Positions 1 to 15,164 of a stretch of DNA of 64,000 nt are shown piece by piece. Each line of letters opens with the position of its first letter. Position 1 is the first letter of the stretch. Location of the stretch: NCBI RefSeq assembly GCF_009914755.1, contig NC_060939.1. One strand, written 5' to 3'. Below the pieces are notes generated by a model. The model worked only from the letters and a program-made list of their open reading frames with translations. It ran no database searches and was not told where the DNA came from. The stretch comes from the human T2T-CHM13v2.0 reference genome, Homo sapiens. The translations under genes were made by a program, and so were the position numbers.

Positions 1-874
1 TCAATGATTTAAAAATAATTTTTAGGGTATAAGTGGTAACTATTTGTTAAATTTGCTTCTAAGTTTTTTTAATGCTGTTTTTCTTAATTTCATTTTTGGA
101 TTGTTCATTGCCAGTGTATAGAACTGTAATTGATTTTTGTATATTGATCTTGTATTCTGCAACCTTGCTGAACTTGTTTACTAATGTTAATAGCTTTTTG
201 TGGATTCCTTAGGGTTCTCTATATACAAGATAATGCCATCTGCAAATAGAGGTAGTTTTAGTGCTTTCTTTTCAATTCTGAATGTCTTTTATTTCCTTTT
301 CTTGCTTAATTACCCTGGCTAGAACCTTCAGTACAATGTTGAATAGACTGATGAGAGCAGACATCCTTCTCTTGTTCCTGACCTTAGAGGGAGAGCTTTC
401 AGTCTTTCACCATTAAATATGATGTTAGCCATGGGTTTGGAATAGTTGTCCTTTGTCAGGTTGAGGAAATTCCTTTCTATTTCTAGTTTGTTGAGTTTTT
501 TTTTTTTTTTTAATTATGAAAGGGTATTAAATTTTGTCAAATGCCTGTTTTATATCTATTGAAATAATCGTGCATATTTGGTCCTTTATTCTATTAATAT
601 ATGGTATACTATATTAATTGATTTTTGCAAAATGAACCAGTCTTGCAGTGTTGGAATTATTCCACTTAGTCATGATGTGTAATTCTTTTTATATGTTCCT
701 GGGTTCAGTTTGCTAGTATTTTCTTGATGATTTTTGTATTCATATTTATGAGGGACATTGGTCTAGTTTTCTTTTTTTGTGATGTCAGTGTCTGATTTTG
801 GTATCAGGATAATTCTGGCCTTATAGAATGAGTTTGGAAGTGTTGCCACCTCTTCCATTTTTTGAAAGAGTTTA

Positions 875-1212
<338 letters not shown>

Positions 1213-1215
1213 CAA

Positions 1216-2122
1216 AATTTTTATGGATCCATAATATTGTACATATTTATGGAGTACATGCATAATAATATTTTGACACAAGCATACAATGTGTAGTAAT
1301 CAACTCAAAGTAATGGAGATATGTATGACCACAAACATTTATCATTTCTTTGTGTTAGGAGCATTGCAATTCCACTTGTGTAGTTATTTTGAAATATACA
1401 ATAAATTATTAATTGTGATCACTCTGTTGTGGTGCCAAACACTGGATCTTATTCTTTCTATCTGACTGTACTTTTTTACCCATTAACCAACCCCTCTTTG
1501 TCCTTCCTTTCTCACTACCCTTCTCAGTCTCTGGTAATCATCATTCTACTATGTCTCCATAATCATTTGTTTTTGGCTCCCACATGTGAGTGAGAACATA
1601 TATGTCTTTCTGTGTCCAGATTATTTCATTTAAAATAATATCCACCCATATTCTTGCAAATAATAGGATTTCATTCTTTTTATGGCTGAATAATATTTCA
1701 TTGTGTTTATGTACCACATTTTCTTTATCTTTATTTTTTCTTCGATGGACACTCAGATTGATTTCATATCTTGGCTATTGTGAATAGTGCTGCAGTAAAC
1801 ATTAGAGTGCACATATCTCTTCAATTTACTGATTTCCTTTCTTTTGGATATATACCCAATGGTGAAATTACTGGATCATAATAAGGTAGTTCTATTTTTA
1901 GTTTTTTTGAGGAATTTCCATACTGTTTTCCATGGTAGCTGTACTAGTTTACATTCCCATCAATAGTGTATGAAGGTTCCCCTTTCTCCACATCCTTGCC
2001 AGCATCTATTATTCCCTGTCTTTTTGATAAAAGCCATTTCAGCTGGAGTGAGAGGATATCTCACTGTGGTTTTGATTTGCATTTCCCTGGTGATTAGTGA
2101 TGTCAAACATTTTTTCAAATGC
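1216..2122 (-). mobile_element. L1MA-type 3' fragment nested in the older L1M
   Basis: L1MA 3'UTR and ORF2 C-terminal signature. Degenerate TSD gttaattctt..taaaacattt (~887-910) / gttgattcttctttaaacattt (~2128-2149). Confidence 0.8.
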
Positions 2123-2212
2123 CTTACGTTGATTCTTCTTTAAACATTTGATAGAATTCACCAGTGAAATCATCTGGTTCTGAGGTTTTCGGGGTGTGTC
2201 ATTAGTGCGTGT

Positions 2213-2975
2213 TTTTTTTAAATTATGATATAATACTCATACAAAAATTTTAACCTTATTAGCCATGATATTAGTCCATCTTGTGTTGCTATAAAGGAAT
2301 ACCTGAGACTGGGTAATTTATAAAGAAAAGTGGTTTATTTGGCTTATTATTTTGCAGGCTGTATAAGAAACATGGTGCCCAGCACCTGTTTCTGGTCTGG
2401 GTCTCAGGAAGCTTCCATTCGTGGAGCAAGAGAGAGAGGAGGAAGGTCCCAGACACTTTTTAACAACCAAATCTTGCAGGAACTTAGAGTGAGAGTTCAC
2501 TTAATTTTGTGAGAATGACACCAAGTCTTTCATGAGGGATCCACTCCTTTGACCCAAACACCTCTCACGAGGCCCCATCTTCAACATTGGGAGTGAGATT
2601 TCAACATGAGTTTTGAAGGGGACAAATATTCAAACTGTATCAGCCATTTTAAGTATATAATTCAGCAGCATGAAGTACATTAACATGGTTGTGCAACTGT
2701 CACCACCATCCATCTGCAGAACTCTTTTTGTCTTGCAAAACTGAAACTCTATACCTATTAAATAAGAACTCCTCATTCACCCCCGCTCCCAGCCCCTGGC
2801 AAACAGCATTATACTCTGTCTCTATGTGACTACTCTAGGTACCTCATATAATTGGAATCACACAGTATTTGTCTTATTGTGTCTGGCTTATTTCATTTTG
2901 CATTATGTCCTTAAGAGTCATCCATGTTGTAGCATGTGTCAGAATTTTCTTCCTTTTAAAAGCTGAATAATATTT
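2213..2975 (-). mobile_element. L1MB-type 3' fragment, split by the MST LTR
   Basis: L1MB 3'UTR motifs (gttgtgcaactgtcaccaccatccatct, actctaggtacctcatata). Confidence 0.75.
2267..2642 (-). mobile_element. MaLR solo LTR (MSTB-like)
   Basis: Starts tattagtcc..gttgctataaaggaatacctgagactgggtaatttataaagaaaag, ends caaactgtatca. 5-bp TSD gccat at 2262-2266 and 2643-2647. Confidence 0.88.
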
Positions 2976-3268
2976 GTGATTAGTTTTTTTATTACCAACT
3001 CAATCTCTTTATATACTGGTTTAGTCAGATTTTTTATTTTTTCTTGAGTCAGTTTTGGTAGTTTGTGTTTTTCTCAGAATTAATCTGTTTCATCTAGGTT
3101 ATCTAATTTATTGATACACAGTTCTGAAAAATCTCTTATAATCCTTTTTATTTCTGCAAAGTTGGTAGTAATGTTCCCTCTTCCATTCCAGATTTTAGTT
3201 ACTTGAGTCTCCTCACTTATTTTCTTGGTCAGTGTAGCTAAAAGTTTGTCAGTTTCTCTGTTTAAAAT

Positions 3269-3703
<435 letters not shown>

Positions 3704-4746
3704 TGAGTTTAGTTTTAGCTTGATGTTCTCCTTCTGTTTAAGGTAGCAAGTTAGGATATTGATTTGAGATCTTTCTTCTTATTTAATGTAGGTTATAAAT
3801 TTTCCTCTAAGCACGGCTTTAGTTGCATCCTAGAAGTTTTGGTATGTTGTGTTTTTATTTTCATTAATCTCAAAGTATTTTCCATTTTTCTATGATAGAA
3901 ATCTCTTGTGATTTCTTTTTGACCCATTTTTATTTAGGTATGTGCTGTTTAATTTCCACATATGCGTACTTGAGAAGAATATATTCTACTGTGGTTAAGT
4001 GAAGTATCCTTTACATGTCAGTTAATTCTGATTGGTTTATAATACTGTTCAGTATTTTCTTATTAATCTTCTGTATAGTTTTGTCCATTTTTGAAAGTGA
4101 GATATTGAAGTCTCAAAAACTAATATTTTTGAGTTGTCTATTTCTCCTTTCAGTTCTTTCAGTTTATGTTTCATATATTTTGGCACTCCGTTGTTAGGTC
4201 CATGCATGTTTATAATTGTTATATCTTCTTGGTTGATTGATCCTTTTATCATTAGAAAATGTCTTTGTCTCTAGTAACAATATTTAACAATAGTTATCTA
4301 AAAGTCTATTTTTTCCACTAGTATAGTCACTGCAGCTCCCTTTTGATTACTATTTGAATAGTATATCTTTTTTCACCATTTTTCAACCTGTTGGTGTCTT
4401 TAAATATAAAATACCTTTGTTGTAGACAGCATATAGTTGGATCATTTTTTTAAAAATCAATTCTGCCAATCTCTTATTTAATTAGAGTGCTTAAACCTTT
4501 TACATTAATTACTAACAAGGTGAGATGTATCTATCCCATTCTATTTGTTTTCTATAAGTCATGTCTTTCATGTTCTGTTATTGCTTTCTTTTATATCAAG
4601 TAGATATTTTCAAAGGTACCATTTAAATTCCCCATGGTTGCTTTTACTCTGTGTTTTTGAGTTATATTCTTAATGTTGCTCTAGGGATTACAATTAACTT
4701 CTTAACTTATAACAATTTAGTTCAGATTAACACTGACTTTATTTTA

Positions 4747-5101
<355 letters not shown>

Positions 5102-6309
5102 TCATCTTTTTTATGCTATTATTGTCATATAAGTTACATTCCTATACATTGTGTGTCCAACACAAATTTAAAATTATGCCATTGTCTCTTAAGTCATAGA
5201 ACAAAAGAGATACAAACAAAACATACATTTATCCTGTCTTTTATATTTGCCTATGCAGTTACCTTTACCAGTGTTCCTTATTTCTTCATGTGGATCTGAG
5301 TTACTGTCTTTTAACTTCAATCTAAAGTTCTTTCAGTCTGAAAGACTGTATTTTATTTCTTGTAGGGTAGGTTAACTAATGATTAATTCTCAGTATTCTG
5401 AGATAAATTTCCCAGTTTATTTGAGAGTATCTTAATTTCTCCTTCAGTTTCGTAGAATAGTTTTTGCTGGATATAGAATTTTTGGTTTATAATCTTTTTC
5501 TTTCATGTTCAAATATGTCATTCCCCTGCCTCTGACCTCTGGTTTCTGATGAGTAATCAGCTCTTGTTCTTTTGAGGATTATTTGTAATTGAAATGTCAC
5601 TTCTCTTGCTGCTTTCAAGATTTTCTTTTTGTCTTTGGCTATGGATAGTTTGATAATAATGTGTATAGATGTAGATCTCTTTGAGTTTATCCTATATGAA
5701 GTATACTGAACTTCTTGGATGTGTAGATTCACTTTTTAAAATCAAATTTAGGAAGTTTGGGTTCATTGTTTTCTGAAATATTCTTTCCACTCCTTACCTT
5801 TTCTCCTCTCTTTCTGATCTCCCATTAAGCATATGTCCGTATGCTGGATGGTATTTTACAGGTCTCCGAGAATGTGTTCATTTTTCTTCATTTTCTTTTC
5901 TTTTCATCATTACACTGGATAATTTCCATTGACCTATCTTTACCTCCCTTGATTCTTTCTTCTGCTGTCTCAAATATGCTGTTGATCCTCTCCAAAAATT
6001 TTCATTTCAGTTATTATACTTTTCAACTTCAGAATTTCTATTTGGTTACATATGACTTCAGGGAACAAAGAAAAGTGACAGATCACAGAGAACAAACCAG
6101 TAACTTTGGAATCACGAGCAAAAAGTTCAAACCTACCGAGCCACAGATGAATGAGTTTCTAAATGCCTTGGATACCACCATCTCAGCTAAAATTAAATTC
6201 TGTCAATTTGCATCATAGTAGTATCACATTGCATGAGACTTTTTAAACTGCAAAAAGTTCACATGTGATTCTCAAGCCATATATGTCACGTCATGGGGAA
6301 ACCTTTTAA

Positions 6310-6612
6310 TTTTTTTTTTTTTTTTTGAGACAGGGTCTTACTCTGTCACCCAGGATGTAGTGCAGTGGCGCAGTCTCTGCTCACTGCAACCTTCACCTCC
6401 CGGGTTCAAGCAATTCTCCTGCCTCAGCCTCCTGAGTAGCCGGGACTACAGAGTAGTGTACACCACTTTGCCCATCTAATTTTTATATTTTTGGTAGAGA
6501 TGGGGTTTTGCCGTGTCTCCTAGGCTGGTCTCAAACTCCTGACCTCAAGTGATCCTCCCTCCTTGGCCTCCCAAAGTGCTGGGATTACAGGTGTGAGCCA
6601 TCGTGCCTGGCC
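6310..6612 (-). mobile_element. Alu (J or old S)
   Basis: Reverse-complement Alu with TSD accttttaa. Confidence 0.95.
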
Positions 6613-7704
6613 ACCTTTTAAATCTTTAACTTCTGAAACTTCAAAGGTTCAGGTCCTCTCTGAGCTCTGCCATCAGCTGACTCATGGCTTTAGCTAGAAC
6701 ATTCACATCACTGGGACTGTTTTTCCCACCTGTCAAGTAAAGTTGCTGGACTGATCTTTAATGTCCTTTCCTGCCCTAATGTTTGATAGGTCTAACAGTT
6801 GCCATTTTTGATAGATCTGTAGAATAGAAATGATAATAAAAGAGAAAAATTAAACCAACCCCTTCTGCCATTTTTAACCTGATAAGAATTACTGAATTGC
6901 AGAAAAAGAACTCATCAAACTTAACAGGAACTCTTAATCCTGAGTGGATCTGCTACATCATTTTTTCACCTATGACGTTTATCTCTAACGGACATGAAAA
7001 GGACAAAATGAATCAGTGATGGCACAGAGCCAGCTGTGTAAAGATTTAGCCATATGGATAGTTAAGGAAAGCGGGTCTAACTGAGGTTAAAAACCAGTGA
7101 ACCACCTCAAAATTAGATTCCTTTTTGGCTTCTTCTACTGATAATGGTGGTAAGGTAATCTTTGTTTTTTAGGTTTAGCTTGTTGAAACCATTGTCCATT
7201 TAGTTAATTAGGCCCTGATTTATATCCTTGGTAAAAGTAAATCTCCTCTTAGAAGTTGTTACTGGTACATGTGGATGGGTTTTCACCTCCTAGTTTTGAG
7301 TCATTCAGGTCATTCACTTCATAAGGGATTGGTCCAGTAAGCTGCATTTGTCAGTCTTCCAAATACCAGCATGTAAAGCTTGATCTTTTTTATTCTGTTT
7401 ATCCTTGGTACTGCCAATTTATCTGAAAGATCAATGAGAACATAAAACGTTTTTCTGCTGTATTCTCACTTTTATTACATCTATAATAAAAATGTAATTT
7501 TGGTAAATAAGGGTGGTTCAGTTCATATCAGAAGTGTCTTTTTTTCATTATCTTCCCAGTAGCACCGAGAGCCAAAGTGTAATGTTTAGTTACACAGTGG
7601 TTTCCCAGTTTCTTGTTCCAATCTGCAAACTACAAGCAAAGTTTAACTAAGAGTGATCATTTTTCTCTATCTGCTTTAAATGGGATAAATATAAAGCCAG
7701 TAGC

Positions 7705-7775
7705 CATATATATATATATATGCATGTGTCTATATGCATATATATGTATACTTGCATACATATGTTTGTATATGA
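7705..7775. repeat. Degenerate (TA)n/(CA)n microsatellite
   Basis: catatatatatatatgcatgtgtctatatgcatatatatgtatac... Confidence 0.85.
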
Positions 7776-8536
7776 ATACACGATTTTTTTACAGATAAAA
7801 ATATTTTCTCTGATGTTTAGCTTTATGAAAATTTGACATATGAAAATATTCACATTTGCATTTCGGAAGAATGACATACTTCATGTTTAGTACCTTATGA
7901 GGCATACTTATGAATCATCCAGTAATAAAGCATTAAATAAGAATTTTTAGCCTCTGATAGGAAAAAATATTTGTCAAATACTCTGGAATACAATTTTTTT
8001 ATAGAACTGAAAGACTATATACCTCAATTTGACTCTTAAAGAAAGGTTATTACATATTGTTAAAATAGATCTCATAATCATATCATTAATGAGCAACGTA
8101 GTGGTTCTCTGCATATATTCCAGCTTTTGTTGGATTAATGTGAAAATTCTAAGATATTACCCTGGTTTACATTTGAGAAAAACTGTTACAAAAGACAGGC
8201 AACTAAATGTTTAATAGTCATATTGATCTTTATAATTTTGTGTATGTATTTAAGTTTACATAAAGTATAGTTTCTTAGCTTGCCCTTGACTAGTTTCTTT
8301 CAGTTTTTCATGTATGTGACTATACACTTCAGAATAAAATGGAAATATCTAGTTATACTTCATCAGGAAGTATGATTATGTTTTAGATAACATTGGACTA
8401 AAAAGTTTTATACTACACATCCAATGCATGCTGTAGGAAGTGTAAAAATGTATTCTCACAGTGAACACACAGGAGAAGCCCAGTGCATTGTTCTGGTAAT
8501 TTCATTTGTAGTAACATGGCATGTTTATCTCTACAG

Positions 8537-8598
8537 GGGGATCTTTGGATGTATATAGGAAAATGCCAGAACATGTCCTTGGAAGAATTGCAGTAGCA
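8537..8598 (+). CDS. MAP2K5: MAP2K5/MEK5 internal coding exon (probably exon 12), 62 nt, (G)GSLDVYRKMPEHVLGRIAVA
   Basis: Acceptor ctctacag|, donor |gtaagt. Translation matches the MEK5 kinase segment after EFMDG. Phase 1 in, phase 0 out. Confidence 0.97.
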
Positions 8599-11500
8599 GT
8601 AAGTATATGGCTTCAGTGTTAGGAAATTTGAGTGATTTAATCCTTCTAATCAAGCTCATTCTTCTTATATTCTCAATGTTTTTTCTTGTTCTTCAATCCC
8701 AGTTGGCTCCTAAGACCTTCTTGATTTTCTCCTGTTTTGTTCTTCTTTTCATAGACCAGCCCACCCAACATCACAACATAGTCACACGCTTATGTGCTCC
8801 AACCTGTTCTAGTTTCATGTGTTTGCAGGGACCTTGGTATTCTTGTTGACTCGTAAAATTTCCAACTTCTTCTGAAAAAAAATGCTGTTTTTTGTTTTGT
8901 TTTTACATTTTGTAGTTATGATTAGCATATGATTAGCAAATACTTAAAAAGTCTGAGTTGTTAAAGCAGTCTATGAGAAAATATTAATTTATTAAGAACA
9001 AAGTAGTATTAGTAAAGATTTTTTGCAGTCTTTTTATGTTCTTGGTTTTTAATTTTTTCATCAACTACATCTAGAAATTTATTCCCTTTGTGATTTAAAG
9101 CAGTTTTCCCATATTCTTGTATTTTCTATATGCACTAATATACTGATGAAATATATAAACTAAACTAACATTACTATAATGTTCTCCTAAGTTCCATATT
9201 TCACATTTATAATAATGTAGGTTAAACAGTGTCTAAGAGAAGTCATGGGGTGTTGTAATAGTAAACAATTGCTAAACTAAAGGCACGATGATAACTTCAG
9301 TGGTTTAATGCAGAACAAAGTGATTGTACCATGTACCATTTAATTAAATGGCTGATTTTCACATTCATTATACATCAAACTGACAACTCAAATTCTTTAA
9401 TCGAACATGGACACTTATTTAGTCTTAGTTCATTGTAATTCACAGCTTTCCTTTTTTCTTTCTAATTATTAGTGTGAAGTGCCCTGGGTGATGAGAACTT
9501 TCTTTTCTGATGCTATTGCTCCTAAGTAGCTTCTCATCTACATGTGCAGGTAGATTAGTATGAAATTTGAGTACTTAAATCACTATTTTAGATGAAAATA
9601 AAAATGTTTCATTTCCTGTTCTAATCCCAGGAGAGAATGAATGCTTTGTGGCTTTTGGCAGTTCTTGGCTGTAAAGTTTAATAACATGTATAATAAAGGG
9701 CAAAAAAAGGCAAGGATACCAATTGAAAAAGAAAAAAGTATACAACTTCTATATATTCAGTTATCTATGGAACTTGGCAAAAATAGAAATCTGCCATCTT
9801 CAGTAGAGAAGCATGTTCTTCCTGAACTTCATAAATCTTACTTCCCTCTTGTTTAGGGCATCCACACAAGGCCACCTATCTTTTCAGTTCTACTGGAGTA
9901 GGAAGACTGTTGAAGTGAATAGAGTCAGCAGAAAAAATAATTCAGCATCAAATACAGGGCTTGCCTATTAAGTGAATGAAAATGTGACACAAATTATTTT
10001 AGTGAAAGGCATTAAAGTAAGAGCTACTCTGAAGGGTTGTTTATATTTGCCCTTACATTTTTTTTAATTAGGGGTTTTCCCCCCTAAATATGTGTCCAAT
10101 TTCTCCAGCTTTTATGGCTCATCAGGTCATAGTAATGAAAACTACTTACAGCTGGAGTAGAAGAAATGTTTTTAATAATTTTGCTCTTTGTCTGCCACGG
10201 AAATGATCACCTCCATGCTAAATTCTGCAGGAGCCTGGGTTTGTATAATGCCTCCAAAATGTAGTTTTTTTTTTGTATGTTTCCTGAGTAGGCTACAAAT
10301 TTGGATTATCATTTGTTGCAGCTGACAAACACCAGATTGGCCCATGGCTAATACCTGGCACCAGGAGGGTTGTACTAGTCAAAATAAGACTAGCAAATTG
10401 ATGGGCTGTGGGCTGTGGTGTGTAAACTAAATATTCCCATAGTCTGATTGTGTTCCCAGTATCCTTGGTCATTTCTCTGAAAGTGTACTGAAGATGGCAT
10501 CAACATCTTTCCCTTGAGTTCCCTCATGGAGGCCAAGAAAACACAAGGGTGCCATTGCCAAGTCAGAAGCAACAGAATCAGAAACAGAGAGTAGGGAAAT
10601 AGGTGTATATTGAATACTTCCTGTGCCAATCACTGTTGCATGCTTTCTATACAAATATTATGTCATTTAGCCTTTACAGCCACCTTGTAAAGTGTGGATT
10701 ATTGAACATACTCTGTGCACATGCAAGATGAGGTTTGGAAAAGTTAACCAGCTTGCCCAGAGTTATCATCTAATTAGTCAGTAAAAATTTGAACACAGGG
10801 CTGTCTGACACCAGACCTCTTGCTTTCTCAGTGTGTTTTCCTAACAGAATGAGAAAAAAAAAAAAATAGAGGCAGGAGTGGAAGAAAGAGCTAGGCTAAA
10901 AAATAAAAAGAGAGACTTATGAATGAGAGAATAGTGGAGCAACACAATTGCTTCAGATTCTTTTCATGTCTTTAGGTATCTCTCTTTTCCCAAATTAACT
11001 TTATTTTCCAGGGTCTAATAATCTGGCATGCAAGGCAGGTTCATAGGTCCAAGGTTCATTACAGCATGGACCTCTGTTGACCTCTGTGATATGTTATTCA
11101 AATTTTCTCTTGTAAAATGTATGGCAAGAGAGTTTTTTTTTTCCCCCAAAGGAATTTATATATACCTGATTTCAGCCTTCCAGCTTACTCAGTGGCTCAG
11201 TGGTTTTTCTCTACTATCCATTTGAATCTGGTCTTCTATAAAGAGGAATGCCTTTCTGCCTTTCCCTGCCACCTAACACATTCTATTTTTCTTCTCATTT
11301 CTGAAGCAGTGACATTGTGTACTGTATTTTGAGTGCTAATGTTGATTGAAGTTGTCCCTGAAAGGAGGTGCACTTGACATGTCAAGGAGCGAGTGATTGA
11401 CAACAGATATAAGTACTTTTAGTGTCAAGGCTTTGTCAAGTCATCGTTGTGAAACCCAGCCTACTGAATACCAATAATATCCTTTAGATTTTCAGTTCAC

Positions 11501-12929
11501 AGATTTCTAGCTCCTTTTTCACCAGAATTTACATGTTTCTAAAGGAAAATGTAGTGTATTTTGACAAAGAATAAGAATATTTTCTTTTTAAATCTCTAAC
11601 AAAATGAATAATTTTAGCAAATATTATAAAATCAGTATTTGTTTTACTTTTTTCTACCTAACTATCAGAATATATTGGATTGCCTTCCCCTACATGTTTT
11701 CTGAAAATTCATTTTGTATGGAACCAATTTTTAGTGGTGAGCTATCTTTAATGGATAGTTTTTATAACATGCAGCTAAGCTTCTAAGTTGAAAATTTTAA
11801 CCCTTCTTCCTCAGAATGGAGATGATCACCTCCATGCTAAATAAGATGACCTCCTCCTATTACTCAAAGAGAAAATTGTTATCGTTATGGATGTTAATTT
11901 TTATAAACATTTAAAGAAATATTTTTGTTATATTTCCTTCTGTGATAAAATTATCATTATTAATATTTTGATATTTTCTTTCTGTATTGTCTTCCTGTCC
12001 AGAATACATGTGTTTTATTGTAATGCCAGTTATTTCCAAACTGTGGAACAAGTCATTTGCTATAAAAATGTATGCTGTTCTCTTAGAATAGACAAACATA
12101 TACTAGAATTGATGAATCTATGTTAGCAAATCTTTCAGGAGCACATTGCACCCTTTGAGAACAATTAAAATATGTTAACTTCTGCTCAGTATTAATTGAT
12201 ATAGATTTTGTCTTCTAGATCTTTAGTATTTGGGAATTGGCTTTCTCCCATTGCATTTCTTATTTCACAGTTGCTCTTAGGCTTCCTTGATCAACTAGAA
12301 TTCTTGCATATTTAGCCCCTAACCTTTTCTTACCATTTTCAAGATATGTAAACGACTCATTTACTTCTCATGGGTAATGGTAGGTTTTCTTGTTCTTATA
12401 GTCCTGACTTACCCAGAATTCTCTATAGTGATGAATACTTGTAAATCTTACAGTAAATTTTGACCAATAGTGATTTGTTCAGTGTATCTGGTGTCTAATT
12501 ATGAATAGTCAACCTTGAAATTGGTAAGTTCACGCTCATGTGCATATAGGATCAGTGGTTATGAATAAAACATGTACATTTCCTTTTATAGCAATTTATA
12601 CATAAAGATTTTTTAAGTTTTTAATGGTGACCACTGATTAAATTTTCCACATAGAAGGTAGTACTTGTAACCCATATACTTAGGGTCATGGAAACATCTT
12701 TTTTTCAGTATCTCATTCAACTAATTATTCTTAACTCAGGCTATGAGAGTGAAAAATGCAAATCTAATTCAGATGTTTGTATTTTCTCATTTTATTTCCT
12801 TGACCTGCCCTTTTAATACCTTGCCTTGTCAACATATATGCTTTGCACCAGCCAGACTGGCTTATGAGGACCATCTTGATATACTTCATTCTTTCCTGCC
12901 CCAATATACTTTATAAATTTGGGGGGAGC

Positions 12930-13390
12930 TTTTTATTTTGAGATTATTTTAAACTTACAGAAAAGTTGTGAGACTAATGCAAAAAATTCCCACAGATGCT
13001 TCACCCATATTCCCCAGTTGTTAAAAGTTTACCATATTGGGTTAAAAATCTATAAACATGTTTTTTCCTGAAACATTTGAGAATAAGTTACAGATATCAC
13101 AGCCTTTATCCCCAAATATGTTAGGTATCTATTTCCTAAGAACAAACACATTATCTTACATAATCACTGATTAAAATCAGGAAACTAGTATCGATACAAT
13201 ACTGTTATCTACTCAACAGCCCTTATTCAAATTTCACCAATTGTCCAATAATACCCTGTATAGACAAAAGAAAAAAAATTCTGGTCCTACTCCAGTCTAG
13301 GATTATTCATTGCATTTGGTTGTCATGTCTCTCTAATGCCTCAGTGTTTGTCTTTCCTTACTTTGATATTTTGGAAGAGTACATTGCCCA
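12930..13390 (-). mobile_element. Old L1MC/ME 3' fragment
   Basis: ttttaaacttacagaaaagttg..cttcacccatattcccc..gttaa 3'-end signature. Confidence 0.7.
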
Positions 13391-13572
13391 GTACTTTGAT
13401 TATATATTTTTACCTTGACCTAAACACTTCCTTTTCTTTTTTTCATTCAAGTTAAATCCGTTACTCAAGATGTAACACCTTAGTAAGCCTTTCTGACTCC
13501 TGATGGGAAAAGCAGTTTCTATTCTACCCACTGCCTTATTTCATTAGTTAACTTTTTAAAAATGTCTCTCCA

Positions 13573-13862
13573 GGCCAGGCATGGTGACTCCCACCTGTAG
13601 TCCCAGGGATTTGGGAGGCCGAGGCAGGAGGATCCCTTGAGGTCAGGAGTTCAAGACCAGCCTTGACAACAAAACAAGATCACATCTCTACAAAAAATAT
13701 TTTAAAATTAGCAGGGTATGGTGGTGTGCACCTGTAGTCCCACCTACTCAGGAGGCTGAGGTGGGAGGATTGTTTGATCCCAGGAATTTGAGGTTACAGT
13801 GTGCTATGATTGCACCACTGCACTCCAGCCTGGGCAACAGAGTGAGATCCTGTCTCAGAAGA
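13573..13862 (+). mobile_element. AluJ
   Basis: Diverged full-length Alu. Confidence 0.93.
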
Positions 13863-14193
13863 AAAGTTTCTCCTTGGTCATAAGTGTCATGACTTCAAAA
13901 AAAGTTTTACACACAGAAGTATAGAAAATTAAGAAAGCCATTTTCCCTTTTTCCTGTGTCTCTCCTTCCCTGGCTTAGCATCATTATGAATTCAGCATAG
14001 GTACTTCCAGATTATTTTATATACACATGCACTTATTTCTTTCATTTGGAGTACCTTATCTTCAGAAGATTATAAGCTCATTAAAGGTAGGAACCTGTGG
14101 CTTTTGCATTTGGTTTTCCCACAAAGCCTCACACAGAAATGGGAGGTGTTCAGTAAATGCTTATTGATTGACAGAGTTTTAAGGGAAGAGTTA

Positions 14194-14499
14194 GGCCAGG
14201 TGTGGTGGCTTACGCCTGTAATCCTAGCACTTTGGGAGGCTGAGGCAGGAGGATCACTTAAGCCCAGGACTTCAAGACCAGCTTAGGCAACATTAGTGAG
14301 ATCCCTGTTTCTACCAAAAAAAAAAAAAAAAAAAAAAAGCTAGGCATGATGGTGCACACCTGTGGTCCCAGCTACTCAGGCAGCTGAGGTGGAAGGATTG
14401 CTTGAGCCCAGGAGGTCAAGGCTACAGTGAGCAGTGATTGTACCCCACAGCACTTCAGCCTAGGTGACAGGGTGACACCCTGTCTCAAAAAAAAAAAAA
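14194..14499 (+). mobile_element. AluJ with an expanded middle poly-A, ending about 80 nt upstream of exon 13
   Basis: Dimeric Alu with an A-run at ~14316-14338. Confidence 0.93.
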
Positions 14500-14580
14500 T
14501 GTTGAATGTATTTAAATATGGAAAGTTCCTTTTAAAAACCATAATTGATAATTGTACTGTTTTCTTTTTCCTAAATTTAG

Positions 14581-14629
14581 GTTGTTAAAGGCCTTACTTA
14601 TTTGTGGAGTTTAAAGATTTTACATAGAG
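14581..14629 (+). CDS. MAP2K5: MAP2K5 coding exon (probably exon 13), 49 nt, VVKGLTYLWSLKILHR plus the first base of the catalytic Asp
   Basis: Pyrimidine tract then aaatttag|, donor |gtatgt. In frame with both neighbouring exons. Confidence 0.97.
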
Positions 14630-15029
14630 GTATGTGCTGGGCTTATAAGCTTGGATTTAATTTGGGGTGGGGTTGGGTCTCTCCAGATACCTTGATTTTT
14701 AAAGTAAGTGTTCTGACATTTAAGCCAGCTGATACATCTGGTACTCAAAAAGATGGCTGCTCTATAAATGTTATTTTTCTTGTTTTCTCCATCAACTTCT
14801 CTCATTTAGATTATAAACTTGGTAGTGTGTTTTTGTGAATCACCTTTGTCAAACTTGTAAAAAGATATTTCATAGTATTTGAAAATAACAGGATCTTGTT
14901 TGTCTTACTTAACTATTGTTAATGCAAAACCTTTGCTTTCTGTACAATTACATCCTTCCTTCTATTAACATTTCAGATAGCATCACACACTGTTCCTTAA
15001 GAGATTGCTTCACATACTGCAAAGAAAAA

Positions 15030-15164
15030 CTTTATTTTTAATTTTTTTAAAGATGGGGTCTTGCTCTGTTGGCCAGGTTGTTGTTAAACCCCTAGCCTCA
15101 AGCAGTCCTCCTACCTTGGCCTCCCAGAGTGCTAGGATTCAGGCGGGAGCCACCGCGCCTGGCC
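15030..15164 (-). mobile_element. Alu monomer (FLAM-like)
   Basis: Single reverse-complement left arm. Confidence 0.85.

Noticed and set aside
5841-6218. 125-aa ORF with a hydrophilic C-terminal half
   Set aside because: The first half is antisense L1 ORF1 sequence. The remainder matches nothing I recognise and has no clear splice signals.
14165-14174. Perfect PBX-MEIS decamer TGATTGACAG
   Set aside because: It is formed by the end of an L2-like relic next to an Alu, is isolated, and has no supporting motif cluster.
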